Shown one piece after another: positions 45,054 through 54,344 of a stretch of DNA of 64,000 bases. The DNA comes from Candidatus Micrarchaeota archaeon (lineage in GTDB: Archaea; Micrarchaeota; Micrarchaeia; Micrarchaeales; CABMGC01), in the NCBI GenBank assembly GCA_964501245.1, contig CAZCSE010000001.1:27020-91019 (forward strand), in the 5' to 3' direction. How positions within the stretch are numbered: the first letter of the stretch is position 1; every line of letters starts with the position of its first letter. Under the pieces are notes generated by a model that ran no database searches, was not told where the DNA came from, and saw only the letters and a program-made list of their open reading frames with translations. Both the position numbers and the translations under genes were made by a program.

Positions 45054-45271
45054 ATAGCAACTGTCACAGTAATGTAACTAATCGGCAGGGTATATAGCTC
45101 TGTTTGTGAGATAATAAGCTTATGGCTCTTCGTAATTGAATATGCGCGCATGGAAGGACAATACCATCCAGGCCATATTATAAATAGAAGGTCTATACAG
45201 GGCCGTAAAAGAAGCAAATATCAATTTGAAGTGAGAGCACGATAGTTCCTAAAAAACTTTATAGAAAGTAC

Positions 45272-46174
45272 TTGAATTCTGGCGTTAAGAGAAATAGGAC
45301 AAAACAAAATTGGGACTGTACAACAATTTATACGTTTGGAAATAAGAGATTGGTTTTGATAGGGTGCTCGCATAAAGACGGTCACAGTAAAGATTTTATT
45401 AAGTTTATAAAAGATGTGATCGGAGGTACAGAGCCTGCTTTGGCCATGATAGAATATGACAATGAGCATATTTATGAGATATCAAAAAATTGCAAGCATT
45501 TTCCTAAAAGTCTTTTTTCTGAGAAGTAACTCGTTTTTTCCTTAGCACGTGAATTCGGTTATAAAATATATGGCATGGATATTGAAAGATCCAAGAATAT
45601 CGGTGTGTTTACTGATAAGTATATAGAAGGCAGTAAAGAGCTGGCACTTTTTGCATGGTTTTTGATATTAACACAGCAAGAATACAGGAAACGGAGTAAA
45701 AATAAAAGGTATAGAGGGATAAGCAGATACGAAGCGTATCGTAGCATGTTTTTATCAGATATCCTTTCAGATGGTTGGCTCTCTGTATTAGGAGCATGGT
45801 TGAAGGAGATGTGCGCTGCAAGAAAACAGGGTAGTGTTGAGGAATGCCTTGATGATATAATATTCAGAATGTACGGAGAGAATGTTAAAAGTGGCGTTGA
45901 ATTAAGCAAGGTAATGAGTACTGTTGTCAGGGTCAATCTTCTTGGAATAAATATGCCGCCAAAATATAAAATTGGAGAGAAGTTTCTGTACTGGAATGCA
46001 TTCAGGGAAGCAAATATGATAAACGTATGTGTTTCGCAACTTAAAAAGCATGATTCAGTGATTGTTATTTCTGGGAATGTCCATGTTATTCGTGCGAGAG
46101 AAGCTCTGCATAAGGAATTAAAAGAGAATTTTGGCAATGTAAGGATGTCTTACTGGAAAGATATGAGAATCTAG
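45272..46174 (+). pseudogene. TraB/GumN-like gene interrupted by one in-frame TAA (45527..45529)
   Basis: ORFs 45272..45529 and 45575..46174 are in the same frame, and I translate no other stop between them (…SEK*LVFSLAREFGYKIYGMD…). LVLIGCSHKDGHSKDF…PALAMIEYD and VIVISGNVHVIRA resemble TraB-family N- and C-terminal motifs. Confidence 0.45.
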
Positions 46175-46342
46175 GTATGAGGGTTTGCATTAACAAGGAG
46201 ATCAGGTATTGAATATGAATGGATTCTGGAGGTTTGCATGAGCTACTATGTAATAATAAGAGGGCCGCAGAGGAGTGGAAGAGCGCAGTAAGCAAAATCC
46301 TGGTCAAAAAGATTAATAATCAGTTAACGCTTAGGGATATTT

Positions 46343-46891
46343 ATGGCCAGCAAAAGGCTTTCTGAGAAGAAGGTTTACAGAAAAGAGGAGTATGTAAAGG
46401 CCGTTGACCTGGTAAATGGCAGACGGATAGATAAGCAGTTCAGGAGGGTTGATGGACCTTACACTGTAACAGTGCTGCCGCTGCTCAAGGATGATACTAT
46501 CCTGCTGGTAAGGCAGTACAGGCCTGCTATGCGCAACACCGGTTTCAGCAGGAGCGGATTCATATATGAACTGCCAGGAGGGCATGTTGAGAAGGGGGAG
46601 AGCCCTGCCAAGGCAGCCCGCAGGGAGACTGAAGAGGAGATAGGATATACTGCAAAGAGCATGAAGTTTCTTTATACAAGAGTGATTACACCGTGGTCTT
46701 CTGACGGAGGTGACAGCATGTTCGTTGCAAAGGGCCTTGTCAAAAGCAGGAAGAGACTTGATGAGGATGAGCTGATGGAGACCGTTCCGTTCAAGGCAGA
46801 TGAGATAAAGAGAATGCTTAAGGATGGGAAGATATTTGACCTTTCTACAAGGGATGGGCTGCTCTACTGGCTCATGTTTTTGAGGAATTAG
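46343..46891 (+). CDS. Nudix hydrolase (ADP-ribose pyrophosphatase-like)
   Basis: 182 aa. Nudix box GGHVEKGESPAKAARRETEEEIGY. Antisense ORF 46331..46903 rejected. Confidence 0.8.
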   Translation: MASKRLSEKKVYRKEEYVKAVDLVNGRRIDKQFRRVDGPYTVTVLPLLKDDTILLVRQYRPAMRNTGFSRSGFIYELPGGHVEKGESPAKAARRETEEEIGYTAKSMKFLYTRVITPWSSDGGDSMFVAKGLVKSRKRLDEDELMETVPFKADEIKRMLKDGKIFDLSTRDGLLYWLMFLRN

Positions 46892-47061
46892 GCAAAATAG
46901 CATTTTTGTATATTTATGATGGTTCGGATCGAAGGTTGGGTTGTTACCATAAAGAGATTAGATAAAAGGGTGTTAAGATTAAGGATAGTAAAGTAGAGAT
47001 AAGGAATTTCTATAATGAGAGCATAACGAAGGAGGAGCAGTCTGAATTAGTAAAGAGGATA

Positions 47062-47310
47062 ATGGCGCTTCCTGATAAGATGGTTGATGAACTGTGGTTC
47101 AGGATAGGCTATATAGAATCTGTGCACGGCACCAACAAGGCCTTGAGTCCTGAGAACATAAAAAGGATAAAGGAGTCTGAGAAAGCAGCCCAGAGTTTCT
47201 TCGTCTCTTTATTTGAAGAAACGCATATTTACAGGATAAGGACCTTTCTTGATGAAGTTGAGCTGGAGTGCGGGATACAAAAGCCAGCCAGACCCACTGA
47301 GACTGATTAA
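47062..47310 (+). CDS. single-copy member of the ALPxxxVDELW...G domain family (possibly 5'-truncated)
   Basis: 82 aa. ALPDKMVDELWFRIGYIESVHGTNKALSPENIKRIKESE aligns with both repeats of 33324..33938. Similarity continues in-frame upstream of the ATG (…ITKEEQSELVKRI) where no canonical start exists. Confidence 0.4.
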   Translation: MALPDKMVDELWFRIGYIESVHGTNKALSPENIKRIKESEKAAQSFFVSLFEETHIYRIRTFLDEVELECGIQKPARPTETD

Positions 47311-47394
47311 AAGGGAGTACTTAATAGTGAATGGGCAGTATGCTGTTGTCCTGACTGTAAGAGCACGCCGCCTGCTGGTGAAACGGCCCATGCT

Positions 47395-48597
47395 TCAGCT
47401 TAGGCGGCTTGTCGAATGCCTTTTTGTCCCTCCGAGAGCCTTTAGAAGGCCTACAGGATCCGTGAAGTTTACGGTGCACCTTCCTACGCTCTTACTCGCC
47501 ATGTCACCGCTTTTAAACACAACAAAGGCTCTCTTCGGCTTATAGGACTCTATGAATGAATGCAGGCTCCTCTCCACGTGCTGCCCTTCCGCCTTTAGCT
47601 TGACCTCTATAGGTATTATCTCGGGCCCTTTCCTGATAATGAAATCCACCTCGGCCCTGCTTTTTGACTGCCAGAATTTTACGTCAAAGCCGGATTTTAG
47701 CAATTCAGAGAATAGATAATTCTCGAACAACTTTCCGGCTGATTCAGCGCCGATTACGAAGTCATTTGCAACGGCATTCCTTAAGCCAGTATCAAGAAAA
47801 TATATCTTGGGCTGTTTGGTTATCTCTTTGAATCTGTTCTTGTAAAAAGGCATGGCCCTTGCTATGATGTAGCTCTTTTCCATTGCATCCAGATATTTCT
47901 TGACGGATTGAAAGGAGAGCCCGAGGTCTCTGCATATGTTGTTGTATACTACGGCGCTTCCGGTAGAATGCGAGAGGTATACTGCAAGGCGCTCTATAGC
48001 ATCCGCATCGTTTATGCTGAACGTACGGGCAACGTCGCGCAGGACCATTGTTTTATAGAGGTCCTTGAGCAGCATTTCCTTGTTCTGCGCATCGCCTTCA
48101 AGCACCACCTTAGGATAACCTCCGTACAGCATGTGCTCTTCCATCAATCTGCTTGCTATACTCGGAGTAAGCTGGCGCTGCCCTTTGGCCGTAAGAAATT
48201 CAGCAAATGAGAATGGATACAGCGTCAGCACCGATACCCTTCCTACAAGCCAGCCGAGCACATCCTTCCCGAGCATAGTCTGGGACGAGGATGTCACCCA
48301 TAGCCTCTTTCCTGTATCAGCCAGATATTTAAGCTTCCTGCCTGCGTCCTTTCCGTTCTGTACCTCATCAAGGACTACAGGCGCGTTTCCCTTCAAGTAT
48401 TGGCTCTCAAACTTTTTGACATCTTCATCGAACATCTCCCTTATGTCAGGATCATCGAACAGGAGGTAACCTGCAGCTCCATGCTGTTCCTTTAGAAAAG
48501 TTGTCTTCCCCGCCTGGCGCGGTCCGACTATCGCTACGATGTTAGTAAGTTTTGATGCAGAGAGAAATTCTCTGTGTATGCTGCGTTCAACGTACAT
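47395..48597 (-). CDS. AAA-type ATPase with DUF4143-like C-terminal domain (COG1373-type archaeal ATPase)
   Basis: 400 aa. Walker A VGPRQAGKTT, Walker B VVLDEVQ. The C-terminal region with E.DF…IEVK pattern is typical of the PD-(D/E)xK-like DUF4143. Confidence 0.75.
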   Translation of the reverse strand: MYVERSIHREFLSASKLTNIVAIVGPRQAGKTTFLKEQHGAAGYLLFDDPDIREMFDEDVKKFESQYLKGNAPVVLDEVQNGKDAGRKLKYLADTGKRLWVTSSSQTMLGKDVLGWLVGRVSVLTLYPFSFAEFLTAKGQRQLTPSIASRLMEEHMLYGGYPKVVLEGDAQNKEMLLKDLYKTMVLRDVARTFSINDADAIERLAVYLSHSTGSAVVYNNICRDLGLSFQSVKKYLDAMEKSYIIARAMPFYKNRFKEITKQPKIYFLDTGLRNAVANDFVIGAESAGKLFENYLFSELLKSGFDVKFWQSKSRAEVDFIIRKGPEIIPIEVKLKAEGQHVERSLHSFIESYKPKRAFVVFKSGDMASKSVGRCTVNFTDPVGLLKALGGTKRHSTSRLS

Positions 48598-48637
48598 AAG
48601 GTTATATCAGGCCGAGTATTTAAATAACCCTACTATA

Positions 48638-48688
48638 ATTAAACTACACTTTAATTTTAGTCGTACTAAAGTTAAACTACAGTTTAAC
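48638..48688. promoter_or_regulatory. two related 18-bp palindromic sites (ATTAAActacacTTTAAT; GTTAAACtacaGTTTAAC) spaced 33 bp apart, upstream of the ATPase gene
   Basis: Read directly from the sequence. Both share the core TTAAACTACA.TTTAA. Confidence 0.3.
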
Positions 48689-48791
48689 CTTTTTCCGGAT
48701 CTTGAGATGCCTTCATTTAGGTGCTGTTAATTAAGGGACTGGCATTCCCGCATTAGTCTACGCCGTTGTCCTGTCTGCAATAGCATCCTTC

Positions 48792-49478
48792 TTACTCTAC
48801 TATTATGTCAAGGTCGCCAGTGTAGTTAGAATCAGGGGCCCTTATGTATATCTTCATCACGTAGCTGTCCTTCTTGTCCACCATTGTCGGAAAGGCAGGA
48901 TCCGTAGATTCTACGGTGAAAGGAGGCGCGACTCTTACCCTTGATATTTTGTCATTGTACTTCAGAACGTTGTACATCTGCAGCTCTGTCTTGAAGATCT
49001 GCCCTTTCTGGATGGAGAGGCGCATGGAGGAATTCTGCAGCTCCACCCTCTGCTCTCCTTTTGATATGGATATGGCCTTTATGTTGAGGCCTATATTCTC
49101 GGCAGGTTCATCGTTCATCGTTATGCTCATCGGGCCTTCGTAATTGACAGCAGGGCCCTCGACCTTGAGCCTGAATACAGTCTTGGTCATGAACGGGATC
49201 TCTGCAGGGAGCTGCGGGTTGACCTCGAGGAGCTTGAAGGGCATGCCCACCTTGATCTCCTTTATCTTCATGCTCGGGCCTTTGAGATCTTCTGGGAGCA
49301 GGTTTGAGCCCATCTTGTTCTGGAAGGGTATGTTTACGTAGAAGACCCGCTTCTCGGAGGTTATGCCAGGTATGCCATGCACGGCTCCCATAAACCTTAG
49401 GCTGATGTTTGTGATTGTTACCTTATAGCCCTTCTTCTTCGGAAGGAACGGAATCTTTAGGTTCATAATAATAACCAT
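48792..49478 (-). CDS. hypothetical beta-rich protein
   Basis: 228 aa with no recognisable motif. Composition suggests an all-beta fold. An alternative start is at M5 (49466). Confidence 0.4.
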   Translation of the reverse strand: MVIIMNLKIPFLPKKKGYKVTITNISLRFMGAVHGIPGITSEKRVFYVNIPFQNKMGSNLLPEDLKGPSMKIKEIKVGMPFKLLEVNPQLPAEIPFMTKTVFRLKVEGPAVNYEGPMSITMNDEPAENIGLNIKAISISKGEQRVELQNSSMRLSIQKGQIFKTELQMYNVLKYNDKISRVRVAPPFTVESTDPAFPTMVDKKDSYVMKIYIRAPDSNYTGDLDIIVE

Positions 49479-49751
49479 TCAGCGTGTCAATAAGCTTTCC
49501 CGCGCCATGTTATATCATAGATTTCTATCTGCTCTTCATCCCATAATACAGCATAAAGAACACGTATATCACCTATGCGTATACGGTATTCGTCTTCGCG
49601 GCCCTGCAGCTTCTAAATATCATAAAATTCTGCAGGTATTGCGTCAGAACCCAGTGTGTTGATGAGTTCCTTTACGCGTTTTTGATAATGAATTGGCATT
49701 TTGAATAGTGATTTCTGTGCCTTTTTGGCTACTTTAATAAAAAACAACCAA
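49479..49751 (-). pseudogene. RelE/ParE-family toxin gene with an in-frame TAG (about 49614..49616)
   Basis: My own translation gives (TTG)VVFIKVAKKAQKSLFKMPIHYQKRVKELINTLGSDAIPAEFYDI*KLQGREDEYRIRIGDIRVLYAVLWDEEQIEIYDITWRGESLLTR*. The KLxG..D.YRIRIGDxRVxY motif is typical of RelE/ParE. It starts directly after the antitoxin stop. Confidence 0.55.
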
Positions 49752-49967
49752 TCAGCCTTGTTTATCGAATAGCCTGTTGCCGGTTACCCATTTCCCTTTT
49801 GCTATCTCCTTCTTAGCCTCTTCTATCGCTTTTATCTCAGACTTGGTGGGTTTTGATTTTGTCAGTAGCATAGCCTTAAGCTTCATTATCTGTATCTCTA
49901 CAGATTCTAGTTTTACCATAACTTCATTAATTTCTGTTTTACTTATTGCCATAAATGATTTATGCAC
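49752..49967 (-). CDS. RelB-like antitoxin-family small protein
   Basis: 71 aa with GTG start (or the ATG at M6). Paralogous by eye to 24096..24329. Confidence 0.45.
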   Translation of the reverse strand: MHKSFMAISKTEINEVMVKLESVEIQIMKLKAMLLTKSKPTKSEIKAIEEAKKEIAKGKWVTGNRLFDKQG

Positions 49968-50109
49968 TTACGAATATTTAAGGTTATTGCACTTGATGGC
50001 AGCAGAGGAAGCAAATGCGATTAATGTTCTCAGAGGGAGTAAGTTTTTAGGTAAAGCATATCTGCATAATCAATTTATATTATATCATTGTGTTAATAGA
50101 TGTGATAAT

Positions 50110-50565
50110 ATGGTTGAGGCTAATTCGAAGGCGCCTGATTTCAGGCTGAAGGGGTCTGACGGGAAGGAACACACTCTGAGCGAATTCAAGGGCAAGTATC
50201 TTGTACTGTACTTCTATCCTAAGGATGATACTCCGGGATGCACGATAGAGGCAAAGGGCTTCAACAAGAAGCTTGAGGAGATAAGGAAGAAGGGCGCAGA
50301 GATCGTAGGAGTGAGCAAGGACGACCTCAAGTCGCATGACAAGTTCTGCAGCAAATACAGTCTTGAATTCCTGCTGCTTTCGGATCCTGAGTCCAAGGCG
50401 ATAAAGGCATACGGCGCATATGGGGACAGAGGGATATTCGGAATGGGAACCCTGAGGAACACGTACATAATAGACAAGAAGGGAAAGATAGCGAAGGTGT
50501 TTGAGAAGGTAAATCCGAAGGGCCATGAAGACGAGATACTCGAAGCATTGTCCTCTCTGGATTAG
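50110..50565 (+). CDS. bcp: peroxiredoxin (Bcp/PrxQ type)
   Basis: APDFRLKGSDGKEHTLSEFKGKYLVLYFYPKDDTPGCTIEA. The track ORF begins at 49777 but overlaps the antitoxin on the other strand, so the internal ATG (M112) is preferred. Confidence 0.85.
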   Translation: MVEANSKAPDFRLKGSDGKEHTLSEFKGKYLVLYFYPKDDTPGCTIEAKGFNKKLEEIRKKGAEIVGVSKDDLKSHDKFCSKYSLEFLLLSDPESKAIKAYGAYGDRGIFGMGTLRNTYIIDKKGKIAKVFEKVNPKGHEDEILEALSSLD

Positions 50566-50576
50566 CAGGTTTTGGA

Positions 50577-53090
50577 ATGGACAAGAGCGAGGATTACAGG
50601 CTGGGGAGGAGAGTCGTACCTGAATTGTATAAGCTTAGCATAGACGCAGACATGAAGAGTTTCCTGTTCTCTGGAAACGAGTCGATATATGCAAAGGTTA
50701 CTGAGAGCAGCGACAGGATAGTGATGAATTCGTATATGCTGAAGATAAAGGAGGCATATGTGATAAGCAGGAATTCGAGGATAGATGCAAAGCCTATAAC
50801 TGACGATAAGAAGCAGAGGCTGACCCTTTTGCTGGACAGGAAGGTAATAGGGAAGGTGGAGATATGCATAAGGTTCGATGGTAAGGCAGGGGAGAAGATG
50901 GCAGGGCTGTACAGGAGCAGCTACAAGGAGAATGGAAAGACGGTAAACATACTGACTACGCAGTTCGAGGCGCTTTATGCAAGGCAGGCATTCCCATGCT
51001 TTGACGAGCCTGAGCTAAAAGCCGCATTTGAACTTACGCTAAGCGCAGACAAGGATTACAACCTTGTCTCCAACATGCCTGCTAAGAGTACAGCCGTAAA
51101 GAAGGGCAGGAAGTGCTCGGTCTTCATGAGAACGCCGATAATGTCGACGTATCTGCTCTACATTGGAGTGCTCAAGCATGTATCTATGAGCGGAAAGTAC
51201 AGGAATATTACAGTGAGCTCGCACGCCACTCCTGCACACAAGGAGTACCTTGAGCTGCCCATGGAGTATACGATAAAACTGCTTGCATTTTATGAGAAGT
51301 ATTTTGGGATAAGGTATCCGCTTCCGAAGCTTGATGTCATAGCCGTGCCGGATTTCTCGGCATCGGCAATGGAGAACTGGGGGGCGATAACCTTCAGGGA
51401 GCACACTCTCCTTGTAAAGGATGACAGCCCGATGCCTGACAAGCAGTATACTGCTATGGTGATAGCACACGAGCTTGCCCACCAGTGGTTCGGCGACCTT
51501 GTGACAATGAGATGGTGGAACGACATATGGCTGAATGAGAGCTTTGCAGAGTTCATGGCATACAAGGCTACCTCTGAGGTCTTCCCAGAGTTCAACATGG
51601 ACAAGGAGTTCCTGATAGATACTGTAAACGTAGGGCTTGACTCTGATGGCATAAAGAGCACTCATCCTGTGGAAGCAGAGGTGAGGGATCCGACGGATAT
51701 GGACAGGGCGTTTGATAATATAAGCTATAGGAAGGGAGGGAGCATCCTTGGGATGGTAGAGGAGTATACGGGCAAGGAGAAGTTCAGGAAGGGGCTGCAG
51801 AGGTATCTGAGGAAGCACATGTATTCAAATTCTGTAAGGGATGACTTGTGGAATGCGATAGACTCTGTTGCAGGAAGAAAGCTGCAGGTGAAGAGGGTTG
51901 CAAACGCGTGGATAACGCAGAAAGGCTATCCTTATGTAAAGGTAGGCAGCGACTTCAGCATGGAGCAGTCAAGGTTCATACTGGGCATGCTTAAAAACAA
52001 GGACAAGACCATATGGCCGATACCGATAATATACGCTACAGGATCTGGGAAGAGCCTGATGACGCTGTTCGACAGAAAAAGAGGAAGGATAAAGGGGACG
52101 AGCGGCTGGATAAAGCTAAACTACGGGCAGAGAGGATTGTACAGGGTCTTCTATGAAAAGGGTGAGCTGATGAAGCTCGGCACTCTTGTAAAAGAGGGAA
52201 GGCTGGGCTGGGCTGACGGATGGGGCATGGCGAATGACCTCTTTGCACTTGCAAGGGCAGGGGACATAAGGGTCGATGATTACCTGAACTTTGCAGACTT
52301 ATTCAGGGACAGATGCGAATATCCTATGGCGAACTCTATGATGGCAGATATGCTCTTCATGCATGATATGCTTCCGGAAGGGCATGCACTCCGCAAGAGG
52401 ATAGAGAGCATATGCATAGATTACGCTAAATACCATATACGAAAGCTTGGATGGAGGTCAAAGAGAGATGAGAGCAGCATAGATGCGATCATGAGGAGCG
52501 CTTCAATAAGCGTTGCAGGATATGCTGGTGACAGAGAGACGATAGAAAAAGCTACAAAGCTCTTCTCTGATTTCCAGAAAAAGGGGATTGAGATAGACCC
52601 TGGGATAAGGAGCAGCGTGTTAGGCATAGCTGCAAGGAATGGATCGGCAAAGCTCTATGAGTGGTTCAAGAGAAGCTACATTAGAGAGAGGGATCCTGCG
52701 GTTAAGAGCGAGTACATGGACTGCTTAGGCATCTTCAAGGACAAGAAGATTATCATGGATGCGTTAGCTTTCAGCATGAGTGAGAATGTAAGGGACCAGG
52801 ACAGGTATATGATATCACGTTATGTTTCTGAGAGCCAGATTGGAAAAACGCTGATATGGGACTGGACGAAGAAGAACTGGAGGAGCATTATCAAAAGATT
52901 CGAGGTAGGAGACCATATGGTAAGGAAGTATGTTGAAAACCTCAGAGTGGTGTCTGATGCTGCTACAATGAAGGAGATGAAAGCATTCTTTGCAAAGAAA
53001 GATAATTTCAGGAAGGATACAGTACCGGTACTGAATGATACTCTAGAAAGGATCGAAGCGAACATAAAGTTCCTTAAAGCGAATAAGTAG
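50577..53090 (+). CDS. M1-family aminopeptidase (aminopeptidase N / tricorn-interacting-factor F2/F3-like)
   Basis: 837 aa. GAMENWG exopeptidase motif, HELAHQWFGD zinc motif, WLNESFA. Confidence 0.9.
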   Translation: MDKSEDYRLGRRVVPELYKLSIDADMKSFLFSGNESIYAKVTESSDRIVMNSYMLKIKEAYVISRNSRIDAKPITDDKKQRLTLLLDRKVIGKVEICIRFDGKAGEKMAGLYRSSYKENGKTVNILTTQFEALYARQAFPCFDEPELKAAFELTLSADKDYNLVSNMPAKSTAVKKGRKCSVFMRTPIMSTYLLYIGVLKHVSMSGKYRNITVSSHATPAHKEYLELPMEYTIKLLAFYEKYFGIRYPLPKLDVIAVPDFSASAMENWGAITFREHTLLVKDDSPMPDKQYTAMVIAHELAHQWFGDLVTMRWWNDIWLNESFAEFMAYKATSEVFPEFNMDKEFLIDTVNVGLDSDGIKSTHPVEAEVRDPTDMDRAFDNISYRKGGSILGMVEEYTGKEKFRKGLQRYLRKHMYSNSVRDDLWNAIDSVAGRKLQVKRVANAWITQKGYPYVKVGSDFSMEQSRFILGMLKNKDKTIWPIPIIYATGSGKSLMTLFDRKRGRIKGTSGWIKLNYGQRGLYRVFYEKGELMKLGTLVKEGRLGWADGWGMANDLFALARAGDIRVDDYLNFADLFRDRCEYPMANSMMADMLFMHDMLPEGHALRKRIESICIDYAKYHIRKLGWRSKRDESSIDAIMRSASISVAGYAGDRETIEKATKLFSDFQKKGIEIDPGIRSSVLGIAARNGSAKLYEWFKRSYIRERDPAVKSEYMDCLGIFKDKKIIMDALAFSMSENVRDQDRYMISRYVSESQIGKTLIWDWTKKNWRSIIKRFEVGDHMVRKYVENLRVVSDAATMKEMKAFFAKKDNFRKDTVPVLNDTLERIEANIKFLKANK

Positions 53091-53113
53091 AAGCAGAAGA
53101 GCAGGCTTGCCTT

Positions 53114-53848
53114 TTACTCTCCCCACATCTCTGCTCTTATCTCCCTGTCATTTGCACCCATCGCTATCATGTCGTTCTTGAGTGCAGTCACAAATGCGGG
53201 AGGCCCGCAGATGTATGTTATCCTATCGAGGAAATCAGGTACGAACTTCTTTATCATCTCTCCATTTACCCTGCCTGTCTGCCCTGTCCATCCGTCGCCT
53301 TCGGCAGGCCTTGTGACAGTAACAAGATTCTTTAGGTTCATGTCCCTCTCGAACTTTGCAATCTCCTCCTTCTCTATTATATCATAAGGATACTTTACGC
53401 TGTATATCATTGAACAGTCAAGCTTCTTGTTCATGCTCTCCGCCTGTCTCAGCATTGAGAAGAACGGAGCGACTCCTGTCCCTCCTGCAAGGAAGAGGAA
53501 CTTCGTCCCTGCGTTTATGTCGAACTGGAACTGCCCATATGGTGCAGAGATATAGTATACGTCGTTAACCTTTGCATCTGCAAGCTTTGATGTAAGCTGT
53601 CCGTTTATCATCGCTATGAAGAACTCGAAGTAATCTGAAGGAGGGGAGTTTGCTATGGAGAATGCCCTGCTTATCGACTTTCCTGTTTCAGGATCTTTGT
53701 ATGTAAGCATTGCGAACATGCCAGGTATGAAGTGTACGCTTGTCTTCTCCTTCGATTCAAACCTGAATGTCGTGACATCCCTTGTGGATTTCTCTATGCT
53801 TGTAAGAACATATGGCTTGTTTACCACGACTGGCTTTAGCACTACCAT
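53114..53848 (-). CDS. FNR-like FAD/NAD(P)-binding oxidoreductase
   Basis: 244 aa. RAFSIANSP (RxYS-type FAD motif) and FLFLAGGTGVAPFFSML (NAD(P) motif). Confidence 0.75.
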   Translation of the reverse strand: MVVLKPVVVNKPYVLTSIEKSTRDVTTFRFESKEKTSVHFIPGMFAMLTYKDPETGKSISRAFSIANSPPSDYFEFFIAMINGQLTSKLADAKVNDVYYISAPYGQFQFDINAGTKFLFLAGGTGVAPFFSMLRQAESMNKKLDCSMIYSVKYPYDIIEKEEIAKFERDMNLKNLVTVTRPAEGDGWTGQTGRVNGEMIKKFVPDFLDRITYICGPPAFVTALKNDMIAMGANDREIRAEMWGE

Positions 53849-53870
53849 AATTTCACTTTAGAAAATAAAA

Positions 53871-54212
53871 TCAGGATCTCGAGTTCGTTATCGACTCGAT
53901 GACCTTCTCGAACTTCTCTATGGACTTTATCATTTCCTTCAGTTTCGGGTTTATGTTGTATCCGAGATCATAACCCCTCTCAGTCCTTATGTGCGTAGGC
54001 TGAAGAACATTGAGATCCATAGAAAGGCTCCTTAGCGTTATTATAAGCGTCTTTCTTGTAAACTTCTTCCCAAGAAGAACGTACAGCTCCCTTGTCGTTC
54101 TTGGGGATTTGACTAAAAGTAGTTTCAGTACAGCGTAATTGGGCTTTGACATCAGCTTTCTTATTGCCCATATACTGTCGTTATCTCGCTCTCTCTTTGG
54201 CATAAATATCAC
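53871..54212 (-). CDS. small wHTH transcriptional regulator
   Basis: 113 aa. NYAVLKLLLVKSPRTTRELYVLLGKKFTRKTLIITLRSL is wHTH-like. Confidence 0.45.
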   Translation of the reverse strand: MIFMPKRERDNDSIWAIRKLMSKPNYAVLKLLLVKSPRTTRELYVLLGKKFTRKTLIITLRSLSMDLNVLQPTHIRTERGYDLGYNINPKLKEMIKSIEKFEKVIESITNSRS

Positions 54213-54344
54213 CTATCCTATTGGTAATCTCGGATAAATTATATAAATACATATGAGCAGAAACGGTTCTATAATTAGATACATGCTTTTACATTTTCTT
54301 TTATTTAAATATAGAAACATATATTAAGGTAAAAGGATATAGAA

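Noticed and set aside
45559-46137. 192-aa minus-strand ORF opposite the TraB-like gene
   Set aside because: Its composition is Ser/Leu/Phe/Ile-rich with no charged-residue periodicity. The plus frame continues the upstream ORF in the same frame and has family-like end motifs.
46238-46291. 17-codon ORF MSYYVIIRGPQRSGRAQ* resembling a degenerate P-loop N-terminus (gene remnant?)
   Set aside because: It is too short and too degenerate to support, and the downstream frames contain no continuing similarity that I can recognise.
46331-46903. 190-aa minus-strand ORF opposite the Nudix gene
   Set aside because: The plus frame contains a perfect Nudix box, and the minus frame has no motif.
49614-49616. 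Possibility that the in-frame TAG in the RelE-like gene (and the TAA at 45527) reflects recoding, such as pyrrolysine or altered genetic code
   Set aside because: TAG is used as an ordinary terminator by well-supported genes in this window (the SDR gene ends at 13317-13319 and AbiEi at 25278-25280), and TAA likewise. No pyl genes are seen. A nonsense mutation is the simpler explanation.
51039-51818. 259-aa minus-strand ORF (and others) inside the aminopeptidase gene
   Set aside because: The plus frame contains GAMEN and HEXXH-E motifs across 837 aa, so the antisense ORFs are shadows.
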